From assembly GCA_030525085.1 (NCBI GenBank), contig JAUNFK010000002.1:123-64122 (forward strand): DNA of 64,000 bases, given 5' to 3'. Both the position numbers and the translations under genes were made by a program. The DNA is from a bacterium. Lineage in GTDB: Bacteria; Bacillota_I; Bacilli_A; RF39; UBA660. Below the pieces are notes generated by a model. The model worked only from the letters and a program-made list of their open reading frames with translations. It was not told the DNA's origin and did not search any database. Positions 1-9,663 of the stretch are shown here, piece by piece (within the stretch, counting starts at the first letter, position 1; every line of letters starts with the position of its first letter).

Positions 1-365
1 ATTAACTTGAATATAAATGTCAATTCTTTAATAATGTATGTCCAATTTAGAATATCTGGTTTAACAAGGAAATAACCTATTATGTATATAAATATTAAAA
101 ATAATAAACCAAGTGAGGCTTTTTTATATTTTGATTTTGTTTTAAAAATATACAATACCATAATGAGAAGAAAAATGCTTTTTATTATGATACCTGGGGT
201 TATACTTAAGCTCGTATTTCTTGTTAGCAAAGCTGTTATCATGTCTAAAAATGGTAATAGCAAAAAATATGTTTCTAATTTTCTTGAATGTTTCATAAAA
301 CCCTACTCCTTGCACTTATTATACAAAAAAAAAGGAATAAAATCTATTATTCCATATTATTAATA

Positions 366-1313
366 TTATTTTGTATATTTATAAGCAAATACATCACAGT
401 ATAGTAACAATAATAATTTGTTTGTTTTTATTATTCTTGATATCTTGTTAAGTTTAAATACGTAATCGCATTTTTTCCAATTTTTATCTAAATCATTTAA
501 CATTTTAAATGCTTCATTTATAAATTTTTTTCTTTGACTATGTTCTTTAATGTATCTTTGCTGTGCACAATAATCTAGTAGTATCATAGTAATTAAATTT
601 GTTAAAGCCTTTTTATACTTTTTGTCATCAAGTTCTTTTATAATGATTTTACATATTTCTAAAATATCAAATATTCTTTTGTCACGAGTCGTTGTCTCAC
701 TGTTTTCGTGAATAACATAATATGTAAGAAAGTCATTTATTTTTCCAATTTTATTTGCTTTTTTAACTGCTTTAACAACAAATGGAGCATCCTCATATTT
801 AAGATTTTCTTCAAAATAAATATCGTTATTTTTCAATAATTCAAGTGAATATAATTTATTACATGGCCCTAAGTTGATATTGTTAATTAAACTTGGATTA
901 TCTTTTAATGACGTATCTTCAAAATCTTTAAATTTTATTCCATAGAGATTTCCTCTATCCTCAAAGAAATTACAAATTACTAAATCACAATTATCAGTAC
1001 TTGCTTTTTTGTACATGTATTCACAAAAATGTTCATTTAAATAATCATCAGAATCTACAAAAGCAATATATTCTCCAGTTGCTTCTTTAATTCCTCTATT
1101 TCTTGTTTTACCAATGCCTTCATTCTTCTTCGAAATATATTTAATTCTTTTATCCTTATATTCTTTAATAACTTTTTCTGATTCATCCGTAGATCCATCA
1201 TTTATTAAAATAATTTCGATGTCCTTTAGAGATTGATTTACTAACGAATCTATGCATTTATTTAAATACTTGCTTGAATTATAAATCGGTACTACTAAAC
1301 TTACTTTTGCCAT
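366..1313 (-). CDS. family 2 glycosyltransferase
   Basis: N-terminal VSLVVPIYNSSKYLNKCIDSLVNQS...INDGSTDES and a downstream DSDD motif, both typical of GT-A fold GT2 enzymes. It is the last gene of the minus-strand polysaccharide locus. Confidence 0.8.
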   Translation of the reverse strand: MAKVSLVVPIYNSSKYLNKCIDSLVNQSLKDIEIILINDGSTDESEKVIKEYKDKRIKYISKKNEGIGKTRNRGIKEATGEYIAFVDSDDYLNEHFCEYMYKKASTDNCDLVICNFFEDRGNLYGIKFKDFEDTSLKDNPSLINNINLGPCNKLYSLELLKNNDIYFEENLKYEDAPFVVKAVKKANKIGKINDFLTYYVIHENSETTTRDKRIFDILEICKIIIKELDDKKYKKALTNLITMILLDYCAQQRYIKEHSQRKKFINEAFKMLNDLDKNWKKCDYVFKLNKISRIIKTNKLLLLLYCDVFAYKYTK

Positions 1314-1315
1314 TA

Positions 1316-2239
1316 TTACCTCACTAAATAGTTATAAAATAGATAAGAATTTGTTTTAATTATTAAACTTCTTACTTTTGATTTTAAACCATTTTCTATT
1401 GGATGTTTATAACAATTCTTCTTTTTTAAAATTTTATTATATTTTTTGTAATCTCTATATTTTAAAGTTGTGGAATAGTATATTAAAGAATTATCTAAAA
1501 ATCTTAAAATTGGTTCAATATTATCGATATTTTTGATTTGCTCTTTTTCATAATCAGATTGTTTCAACATATCGTCCATTTTTTTTATTTTTTTTGTGTA
1601 ATCAGTATTGTTCATTAAACTATTATTTCTTTGGACGTAGTTATAACCTATGTAAGAAATTGATTTTACAGTTTTTGCTTTTACAATTACAAGTGGAGTT
1701 AATCCATAGTCTTCTGCGATACAATTTTCCATGTATTTAAACTTATTTTTTATAAAATAATCTCTTTTGTAGACATAGGCCCAAGCATTTTCAATATAAT
1801 GATATCTTATTATTTTATTAAAAGCTTCTGTTCCGTTCGTTGAATCAAATCCAATTTCATTATGATCTATTTTTTGGTCATTGATAATATCTCTTACCTG
1901 AAATCTTAAAATATCTGGTTTATCGTTTAAAGCTTTATTAATGGTTTCTAAAAAGTCATTTTCTAAATAATCATCCGAATCCAGTAGAACTATATAATCT
2001 CCTGTTGCTTTTTGAATACCTATATTCCTTGCCTTTGCTAATCCTGTATGTTCTTCGTATATTTTGACCCAACCATACTTTTTTATATATTTATCTGCAA
2101 TCTTTTCACTACCATCATCGCATTTATCTATAACGGTAATTACTTCAAAATTTTTATATGTTTGATTAATTAAAGATTCTAAGCATTCTTTCAAGTATGA
2201 ACCCACGTTGTAAATAGGAACAATTATGCTAAATTTCAT
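1316..2239 (-). CDS. family 2 glycosyltransferase
   Basis: FSIIVPIYNVGSYLKECLESLINQTY...DKCDDGSEKIA...LLDSDDYL. Start moved to the ATG at 2237-2239 (MKFSII), which is preceded by AAAGGAG. The ORF-track start at 2272 has no RBS. Confidence 0.8.
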   Translation of the reverse strand: MKFSIIVPIYNVGSYLKECLESLINQTYKNFEVITVIDKCDDGSEKIADKYIKKYGWVKIYEEHTGLAKARNIGIQKATGDYIVLLDSDDYLENDFLETINKALNDKPDILRFQVRDIINDQKIDHNEIGFDSTNGTEAFNKIIRYHYIENAWAYVYKRDYFIKNKFKYMENCIAEDYGLTPLVIVKAKTVKSISYIGYNYVQRNNSLMNNTDYTKKIKKMDDMLKQSDYEKEQIKNIDNIEPILRFLDNSLIYYSTTLKYRDYKKYNKILKKKNCYKHPIENGLKSKVRSLIIKTNSYLFYNYLVR

Positions 2240-3290
2240 GTTTACTCCTTTTTGATTGAAAAAAATTAACAAGATAATAGATAAGTGCGCCGCTGATAAG
2301 ATTAATTATTAAATATATAATTGTGATATATGGCTGTCTAATATTATCAAACCATAAAATTATTATATTACTGCACGTAGATTGCATTATATAAAATTCA
2401 AAACTTATTTTTCCAAAATATGTACTTAATTTATTTGAAAATAATTTATCAATTATTCCTTCTTTACTGAACATCATAATGATTAATAGTGCTGTTGTTG
2501 GTAAAATTAACACATTAAGCCTGCTAGCCTCTCTAAAAATTAGTAATCTTATAAATATAACAAAAAGGATTAATTCTATAATGTTGAAAAGTATATTATT
2601 CATATTTTTCACTTTGTTGTTGTATGACTTATAAATATAATATGAAACTATACCTAAAGATATACCGGCTAAGCCTCTAAGAAATGCAGAAGAAAGAAAG
2701 CCTGTTATAAAGTAATTTGGACTCATATTGTAATCTTTAACTATAAAGAAAGAATATATAGCTACTGACAAAATTCCAAATATTGCAGGATAATATTTAT
2801 TTTCACTTTTTCTTAAAATATAAATAATAAGTGGAATATTTAATAATAATGCTGAAACGTACCAAGCTGGGCCATTTATATAATTAAAATTTGATATTCC
2901 GCTACCTTGGAGCATTAATAACTCTGCTATAAAATTAGATGCGTGATTTGAATCATTCATCCAACTAATTATATTTAAGTTATACCATTTTAATGAGTAC
3001 ACTATTATTAGACTTATTAATGCTATAAAATATGCTGGATACAGTTTTTTTAATTTGTTTTCCAATATTGGTAGCGTATCTTTTCTATTCTTTTCAAAAT
3101 AAGATTTTGCAATTAAAAATCCTGATAGTATAAAGAAGAATTCAACTGCTATATATCCCGTCTTAAATACACCGTTTTTTGTTATAGGAAAGTATAACTC
3201 AAAGTGAAATAGTGCAATGACAATTGTTGCAATACCCCTTAAGCCATTAATCCCGTATGAAAAATTTTTGCTATTGTTCTTTGCTTTCAT
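2229..3290 (-). CDS. acyltransferase family 3 membrane O-acyltransferase
   Basis: NGLRGIATIVIALFHF motif near the N-terminus and about 10 predicted TM segments. Lies inside the GT cluster. Confidence 0.7.
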   Translation of the reverse strand: MKAKNNSKNFSYGINGLRGIATIVIALFHFELYFPITKNGVFKTGYIAVEFFFILSGFLIAKSYFEKNRKDTLPILENKLKKLYPAYFIALISLIIVYSLKWYNLNIISWMNDSNHASNFIAELLMLQGSGISNFNYINGPAWYVSALLLNIPLIIYILRKSENKYYPAIFGILSVAIYSFFIVKDYNMSPNYFITGFLSSAFLRGLAGISLGIVSYYIYKSYNNKVKNMNNILFNIIELILFVIFIRLLIFREASRLNVLILPTTALLIIMMFSKEGIIDKLFSNKLSTYFGKISFEFYIMQSTCSNIIILWFDNIRQPYITIIYLIINLISGALIYYLVNFFQSKRSKHEI

Positions 3291-6200
3291 ATACTATACT
3301 CTCATAAATATCTTTGGCGATTCTTTCTCCGGAATGTCCATCATGCAAAGTTACGCATTTTTCAAATTCTTTATTTCTATTACTTCGGTTGATATCTTTG
3401 GATTGCTCTATATCTTTCAAGAAGTTTTCTATGTCGCTTAACTCATAGCCTTTTTGATATGAATCTAAAAGTTCATTAAATTCCTCTATGTATCTTTCTG
3501 TATTCGTTTTACTTTCTAAGAATAAAATGGGTTTATCTAATGCAGCGAACTCTATTGCTAATGAACTTCTATCACAAATGAATGCATCAGCAGCAAGTAC
3601 AGGTTCTCGATAATCTTCCTCTTTAAACACAAAAATATTATCTGTATTTTGTAATTTTTTTAGCAATTTTAATGACTCTTTATTTTTCGTATTGTCATAC
3701 ATCAATGGATGAAGCATTACGATAAAATAAATATTTTCGTACTTATCAGCTTTATCTAGTATTTCAGTGTAAATACTCAAATCTGGAGTTACTTGTTTGC
3801 CATTAAAATATTTTGGAAAATGAATTTTTATTAAAACAATTTTTTTATTCTTTGCTAGTTTTCTAAAATCATAATTTGTTGTAAATGTTTTATTCATGAG
3901 ACCATCAAATTTAGGATGGCCAAGTGCTTTTACATCATTTATTGTGTGTTTTGAGTATATACAATAATATTTTTGTGTGACTTCAGATATTGTATAAATT
4001 CTCCACATGTTATTTATAAATTGAGAACAAAATTCTAATTTCAAAGATTCTTCTGTTCCACTAAATTCTATTCCATATGGAATATAAATTAATCTGATTC
4101 CCATTTTCTTAAGTTCAGTTGAAGAGAATTCTTTTTCTCTGTGCCATTCATCATATGGTGTTTGGATAATTGCCACATGAGGAGAAAATTCTTGCAGTTT
4201 ATCAATTGTAAGTGTTTCGTATTCAATTTTATTATTTTCAAGGAATTTCTTTGCACCAGCCATTTGTGCTGGTTCTTTGTATTCTTGCTCTATTAAAAAG
4301 AATTTTACGTTAAAGTTTGAATCTTCAATAAGCGCCTTATATACACTTTCTAATGATGGCCAAAATGATGCAATTTGGAATAATATTGCAATATTAATTT
4401 TGCCGCTATTATAAGAATTATATATTGATTGACTTCTGGTCATGAATGTTTGCTCATTTGATATATTTTTTAGTGCTTCTTTAAGTTCTGAATAATTTGT
4501 TTTTAATTCATTTATTTCATTATTTAAATAATTTGTTTTTTCTTCTATTTTATTGTTAACTCTGTACATAAATCTTGAATAAAATGGATTAATAACTGGC
4601 TTTAAAAGTTTTTTTATAAATCTTTTCATTTTGCTTTGACCTGATTCAGATTTGTACTCTTCTAAATCGTTATAATTATCTTTACCATTTATCCAATCTA
4701 TTCTCTTTTTTAAAGATAATTCTAATGATTCTTGATTGTAAATCTTTGCAGTTTTATTTTTCTCTAAAATATTTTCAAATAATTTTTCTGCTTCTTTTTT
4801 TAATTCTGGAATTTCGTTATACAGGAAATCCCATCCAACTAACAATCTCTCATCATATGTTCCTCGTTTTATTCCGAGATTTTCCAAATTCTTTGATATA
4901 ATTGATATTTCACTGTCAATTACTTTTTGGTGTTTAGCTTGGGTGATATTATTTCCATGAATTCTATATTCACCGAGAACTTCTGGAATACATGCTATTT
5001 TCTCTGTTTTTAACATTCTGTTCCATAAATCGAAGTCTTCCATTGCCATTTCAGGATTGTAAAAGTAATTGTTCTTTATCATATTATCTCTTTTGAACAT
5101 TATAGTAGAATGGCATACGTCACATTTAAATAATAAAGCCGCTGCTAAATCGTCACTACTACATGCTGATTTGTGGATATAAGTACCAAAATCTCCGAAA
5201 TGTCGTTGCCATGTGCTGACCAATGTTATATCTGGATTTTCTAATAAGTATTTTCTTTCTTTTTCTAATCTATCTGGCATGGATAAGTCATCTGAATCCA
5301 TTCTTGCTATAAATTTAGTCTTTGCTATTTTTATTCCTTCATTTAGAGTTTTTGCTAATCCTAATTTTTCCTTGTTTCTTATAACTTTGATTCTATTATC
5401 GTGAAATAAGCTTAAATATTCTTCAGTATTATCGTTGCTATCATACTCAACCATAATATATAATAAAAAGTACTTATAAGTTTGGTCTAGTAGTGTTAAA
5501 ACTGAATCTATTATATAGTTTTCGCTGTTATAAACTGGCATAAGGATTGTTATATCAGCTTTATCTAAATCAATGTTATTATTAATACGTAGTGATTCTC
5601 TATTAAAAATTGATTTGTCTATAAAAAAGTCTATTGCTGAGTTCTTTTGAGAGTTTGGAATGCTCCATCTTAATTCCTGCCAACGTTTTTTTAGAGTTTT
5701 AAACATTTTGTTTATGTCATACCCATGAATACTTGCACTATATAATATTTTTTTTAAAAGTACATCCAGTTTCGTAATGGCATTATATAAATCTTTGTCC
5801 GCTATATTACGCGTAGATATATGGCAGTCGAGTAAATTTATTTCTTCTTCTGAGAAATTAAGATTTAAATAATTCATAAAACAGTTTTTCATGATTTCAC
5901 TGTATATTTTGATTCCAATGTTATTATTCCTGTTTGTAGCGTTGGTTGGATACATTCTGTATTTGAATAAACTTTTATCATTTATATTTGCGATATTTGT
6001 AACTCCAACTACTCTTGAAAAAAAGTCGTAATCTTCTGTTGCTTTATAATCTTTATTATAGTAAATATTGTATTTATCTATTATTTCTCTACGAAACATA
6101 ATGCTAGGATGGACGCATGGTGTATAGAAGAAGATGTTACTTTTAATTTGTCCTGGGTCTGTTTCTATTTCCCAATAAATTTCTTCTGTTCCAATAAACT

Positions 6201-6564
6201 CTGGTACAATTCCACACAAACCTATTTCTGGGTTATTATCTAAATAATCCATTTGTTTTTTTAATCTATCTTTTCCAGATATATCGTCAGAATCCATTCT
6301 AGCAATATATTCGCCACTTGATGCTCTCAAACCGATATTAAGAGATTCAGAAATTCCTTCTCTCTTTTCATTTTGAATAAGTTTTATTCTTTTATCTCTG
6401 TCTAAGAATGATTTTATTATGTCTAATGACTCTTTATTTGAACCATATTCATTAACTATTATTAATTCCCAGTTACTGTATGATTGATTGATAATACTTT
6501 CTATTGATTCCCTTATATATTCTTCGCCATTATATACTGGCATTACTATAGATACTTTTTTCAT
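3271..6564 (-). CDS. trimodular glycosyltransferase: GT2 + GT2 + TagB/TagF-like CDP-glycerol glycerophosphotransferase domain
   Basis: Two separate GT2 signatures: VSIVMPVYNGEEYIRESIESIINQSY...MDSDD and ITILMPVYNSENYIIDSVLTLLDQTY...MDSDD. A coiled-coil linker (NEINELKTNYSELKEALKN) follows. The C-terminal roughly 400 aa carry GHPKFDG and ICDRSSLAIEFAALDKPILFLE, as in Glyphos_transf (TagF) enzymes. Confidence 0.65.
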   Translation of the reverse strand: MKKVSIVMPVYNGEEYIRESIESIINQSYSNWELIIVNEYGSNKESLDIIKSFLDRDKRIKLIQNEKREGISESLNIGLRASSGEYIARMDSDDISGKDRLKKQMDYLDNNPEIGLCGIVPEFIGTEEIYWEIETDPGQIKSNIFFYTPCVHPSIMFRREIIDKYNIYYNKDYKATEDYDFFSRVVGVTNIANINDKSLFKYRMYPTNATNRNNNIGIKIYSEIMKNCFMNYLNLNFSEEEINLLDCHISTRNIADKDLYNAITKLDVLLKKILYSASIHGYDINKMFKTLKKRWQELRWSIPNSQKNSAIDFFIDKSIFNRESLRINNNIDLDKADITILMPVYNSENYIIDSVLTLLDQTYKYFLLYIMVEYDSNDNTEEYLSLFHDNRIKVIRNKEKLGLAKTLNEGIKIAKTKFIARMDSDDLSMPDRLEKERKYLLENPDITLVSTWQRHFGDFGTYIHKSACSSDDLAAALLFKCDVCHSTIMFKRDNMIKNNYFYNPEMAMEDFDLWNRMLKTEKIACIPEVLGEYRIHGNNITQAKHQKVIDSEISIISKNLENLGIKRGTYDERLLVGWDFLYNEIPELKKEAEKLFENILEKNKTAKIYNQESLELSLKKRIDWINGKDNYNDLEEYKSESGQSKMKRFIKKLLKPVINPFYSRFMYRVNNKIEEKTNYLNNEINELKTNYSELKEALKNISNEQTFMTRSQSIYNSYNSGKINIAILFQIASFWPSLESVYKALIEDSNFNVKFFLIEQEYKEPAQMAGAKKFLENNKIEYETLTIDKLQEFSPHVAIIQTPYDEWHREKEFSSTELKKMGIRLIYIPYGIEFSGTEESLKLEFCSQFINNMWRIYTISEVTQKYYCIYSKHTINDVKALGHPKFDGLMNKTFTTNYDFRKLAKNKKIVLIKIHFPKYFNGKQVTPDLSIYTEILDKADKYENIYFIVMLHPLMYDNTKNKESLKLLKKLQNTDNIFVFKEEDYREPVLAADAFICDRSSLAIEFAALDKPILFLESKTNTERYIEEFNELLDSYQKGYELSDIENFLKDIEQSKDINRSNRNKEFEKCVTLHDGHSGERIAKDIYESIVYESKEQ

Positions 6565-6582
6565 ATAATCCTCCTACGATGT

Positions 6583-7635
6583 TTAAATTGTTTTATTTAG
6601 ATAAGGTATTTTTTTTATTATTAATACAACTATCAGTGTTAAAACAAAGTATAATCCGCTTCCTAATAGCATATTAATTAAGTTACCATTATTTGCTGTA
6701 AAGTGTAACCCAAATATATTTATATCTGGTAGAAGATACAAGAATATCATATGGATAAAATATATGCCACCTGTATTAGTAGCTACTAATGATATAAATT
6801 TTTTTATTTTTTGTGGTATTTTTTCTAAGTATTTATTTATAGATATCGCAAAAATAAACAGTGATGTGTCTAACATGAAATTTGGCAATAGCGTACAATC
6901 GAAATAAGGTTTTGTATTACTTATGCCCTGACTATTTATTATAATCTTTGCTAATACTGCAATTAATATTAATCCTAATATGGTTGTTCCGGTACTAATT
7001 AAAGATACTTTTGAATTTTGAAATGCTTTTTTGTTATCGTATAAGTATTTTCCTAAAACAAATAATCCTAATTCTGGAAAAAAGATTGCGAATTTTGGTA
7101 TTGATATAATATCCCAGAATTTTAATTGTAGAGTTCCTAAAAGTACTGGAAGAACTAAAATTAACATTAATAAACCTTTTTTCTCTCGTTCATTAAGACT
7201 CAAATAAAGTCTAGAGATAAATGGTGTAAGAATATATAAACCAATTAGCGGATACATATACCATAAGTGGTCAACTTGTTCTTTAAATAGTGCGGTAAAC
7301 ATTTTCTTTATTATATTAATATCTTGATTCATTAAAAATTTGAATATTAATAGATAAATAAGTGTCCAAAATAAGGTTTGTAAAATTATTTTTAGTACTT
7401 TTTTATAAAATGTTTTGTAATTTGTATTTTTTTTATTTATTAAGAAACATCCCGATAACATATAAAACAATGGCACTGCACAACTCGTTAAACTCGAAAT
7501 ACCTAGTGTCATTATAAACATTTTAGTTCCGTATGATTCGACATAATAATTACATGTAGCATGTATAATTACTACAAAGATTATTGCGAAAAATCTTAAT
7601 GTGTCCGCGAATATTTCTCTTTGTTGTTTTTCCAT
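6583..7635 (-). CDS. acyltransferase family 3 membrane protein
   Basis: FADTLRFFAIIFVVIIHA motif, polytopic. Start placed at the internal ATG (MEKQQREIF), which has a weak GGTGA RBS. The ORF-track start at 7692 has no RBS. Confidence 0.6.
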   Translation of the reverse strand: MEKQQREIFADTLRFFAIIFVVIIHATCNYYVESYGTKMFIMTLGISSLTSCAVPLFYMLSGCFLINKKNTNYKTFYKKVLKIILQTLFWTLIYLLIFKFLMNQDINIIKKMFTALFKEQVDHLWYMYPLIGLYILTPFISRLYLSLNEREKKGLLMLILVLPVLLGTLQLKFWDIISIPKFAIFFPELGLFVLGKYLYDNKKAFQNSKVSLISTGTTILGLILIAVLAKIIINSQGISNTKPYFDCTLLPNFMLDTSLFIFAISINKYLEKIPQKIKKFISLVATNTGGIYFIHMIFLYLLPDINIFGLHFTANNGNLINMLLGSGLYFVLTLIVVLIIKKIPYLNKTI

Positions 7636-7717
7636 AATATCACCGTTTATATCATAACATACTTTTATAGGAAATTCATTTGTTCTTAACAAAAAAAGTG
7701 GTATTATCCACTTTTTA

Positions 7718-8323
7718 TTAATGAGTATCTGCTATATTGTTACCTGTAATTTCATTTTTTGTTAAATAATTATAGAAGATTTTCATCATCATATGGTCAA
7801 ATGTCATATGTAAGTCTTCATCTATTTGCATATCTAATTCGTCAACATGCATTTTGTAATCAGCTAATTCTTTTAATTTTCCACCTGTGTATCCAGTAAT
7901 TCCAACTACTTTTGCTCCGCACTCTTTTGCATATTCTGCAGCATTAACAACATTTTTTGAGTTTCCTGAACCACTAATTCCAATAAATAAATCATTTGGA
8001 GTAATTTTATTTCTTAATTGGAATCTAAACACTTCTTCATAACCAATATCATTTGCTACAGCCATGATTGTAGCTACGTTATCATTTAAACAATAAAAAT
8101 TAAATTTCTTATCTACATATTCACTTATGCCTTTATTAAAATCATTTTGAAAATGACTTGCAGTACTTGCTGAACCACCATTTCCACAAATATAGATTGT
8201 TCCTTTTCTATTGTAAGCATCTAAAATTGCATTCATTGATTCATTTATTTCATCTAAATTGAATCTTTTAATTGCTGCCATTTCCCTTTCATAATATTCT
8301 TGAATTGCTTTTTTAAAATCCAT
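7718..8323 (-). CDS. gmhA: D-sedoheptulose-7-phosphate isomerase (SIS domain)
   Basis: ICGNGGSASTASHFQNDF and ISGSGNS SIS motifs. Start placed at MDFKKAIQEYY with a GAAGGAAAAG RBS, which removes the 29-nt overlap with the upstream gene. Confidence 0.8.
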   Translation of the reverse strand: MDFKKAIQEYYEREMAAIKRFNLDEINESMNAILDAYNRKGTIYICGNGGSASTASHFQNDFNKGISEYVDKKFNFYCLNDNVATIMAVANDIGYEEVFRFQLRNKITPNDLFIGISGSGNSKNVVNAAEYAKECGAKVVGITGYTGGKLKELADYKMHVDELDMQIDEDLHMTFDHMMMKIFYNYLTKNEITGNNIADTH

Positions 8324-8342
8324 TTTCTTTTCCTTCTTTCTA

Positions 8343-9662
8343 TTAAAGCTTTTTTGAAGCTTTTTTACCAATAATTTTATTTATTGCATCATTTAAATTT
8401 TCAGCAACTATTGTAGGTGATACTTCATATTTTCCGTCTTCACCCTTTTGGCCTGTTTTTAATAATACACTTTGCATTCCTGCATTTTCAGCCATTTTGA
8501 TGTCTAGTGTAGAATCACCAATCATTATAGAACTTGATAAATCGATGTTGTGCTCTCTTGCTGCTTTTTCTAACATTCCTGTTTTTGGTTTTCTACAATC
8601 GCATTCTATTTTTAATTCAGGAATTTCACCTTCAAATCCTTTATCTGGATGGTGTGGGCAATAGTAAATGTCATCTATATATGCACCATCTAATCCTAAA
8701 AGAGTCTCCATTTTTTTGTGGATTTCTCCTAGTTCTTCATCAGTTACTTCGCCTCTAGCGATTACTGGTTGGTTTGTTACTACTATTGCAAGATAACCAC
8801 TGTTATTAATATTTTTAATAGCTTCTGAAACTCCCGGTATCAATTCAAATTCTTCTTTTTTTCTTAAGAAACCAACATATTCATTTATTGTTCCGTCTCT
8901 ATCTAAAAATATTGCTTTTTGTTTATTTGCTAAGTTTTTAGCATCGCAAATTCCACTTGAATAGTCTTCTTGTACTCTTCGATATCTTTCAGGAGTTCCC
9001 ATATCTTTAGCATATTCACTTGATTTATAAGAAACAACTTTGCCTTCGCTAATTAATGGGACTATTATATCTTTTTCATAATTGTATTTTTTTAATTCTG
9101 GCAAATATTTGAAGATAGTTGGTGAGAATATCATAATTCCAGCGTTTACTAAATTCTTATAATTATATGTTGTTCTATCATTTGATTTATAATCGAATGA
9201 CTTTACTACTCCGCCTTCTTCAACAACTAAGTCACTATCAAATGGATGACCATTAGGGTGAGTTAGAAGCGTTACGTCTGCATTGTTTGCAACATGATAT
9301 TGTTCCATTTTTTCAAAATCAATATCTATAAAGACGTCTGCTAACAAAAATACAAAATTTTCTTTTATTTTATCTTTAAGAAAATATAGTGAGCCGGCTG
9401 TTCCCAGTGGCTTTTGTGGGTCTTCTTCAACATAGGATATATTTAATCCAAACTGCTTTCCATCTCCAAAATAGTCTTTGATGACATTTCCTAGATGGCC
9501 AATGATAACTGTTATGTCAGTGATTCCATTTTTCTTTAAATTCATCATTTGATGATATAAAATTGGATATCCTGATATTTCTAGCATTGGCTTAGGAATT
9601 ACGTCGCCTGTTATTTCGGAAATTCTCGTTCCTTTTCCTCCCGCCTGAATAACTGCTTTCAT
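8343..9662 (-). CDS. bifunctional D-glycero-D-manno-heptose-1-phosphate nucleotidyltransferase / D,D-heptose-1,7-bisphosphate phosphatase (HddC-GmhB fusion)
   Basis: N-terminal MKAVIQAGGKGTRISEITGDVIPKPML sugar-nucleotidyltransferase fold. C-terminal HAD phosphatase with AIFLDRDGTIN...VVTNQPVIARG...CDCRKPKTGM, the GmhB-type signature. Confidence 0.75.
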   Translation of the reverse strand: MKAVIQAGGKGTRISEITGDVIPKPMLEISGYPILYHQMMNLKKNGITDITVIIGHLGNVIKDYFGDGKQFGLNISYVEEDPQKPLGTAGSLYFLKDKIKENFVFLLADVFIDIDFEKMEQYHVANNADVTLLTHPNGHPFDSDLVVEEGGVVKSFDYKSNDRTTYNYKNLVNAGIMIFSPTIFKYLPELKKYNYEKDIIVPLISEGKVVSYKSSEYAKDMGTPERYRRVQEDYSSGICDAKNLANKQKAIFLDRDGTINEYVGFLRKKEEFELIPGVSEAIKNINNSGYLAIVVTNQPVIARGEVTDEELGEIHKKMETLLGLDGAYIDDIYYCPHHPDKGFEGEIPELKIECDCRKPKTGMLEKAAREHNIDLSSSIMIGDSTLDIKMAENAGMQSVLLKTGQKGEDGKYEVSPTIVAENLNDAINKIIGKKASKKL

Positions 9663-9663
9663 A

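Noticed and set aside
82-363. 93-aa + strand ORF at the left edge
   Set aside because: Low-complexity, AT-driven ORF in an intergenic/promoter region with no RBS. Typical spurious call in a genome of roughly 28% GC.
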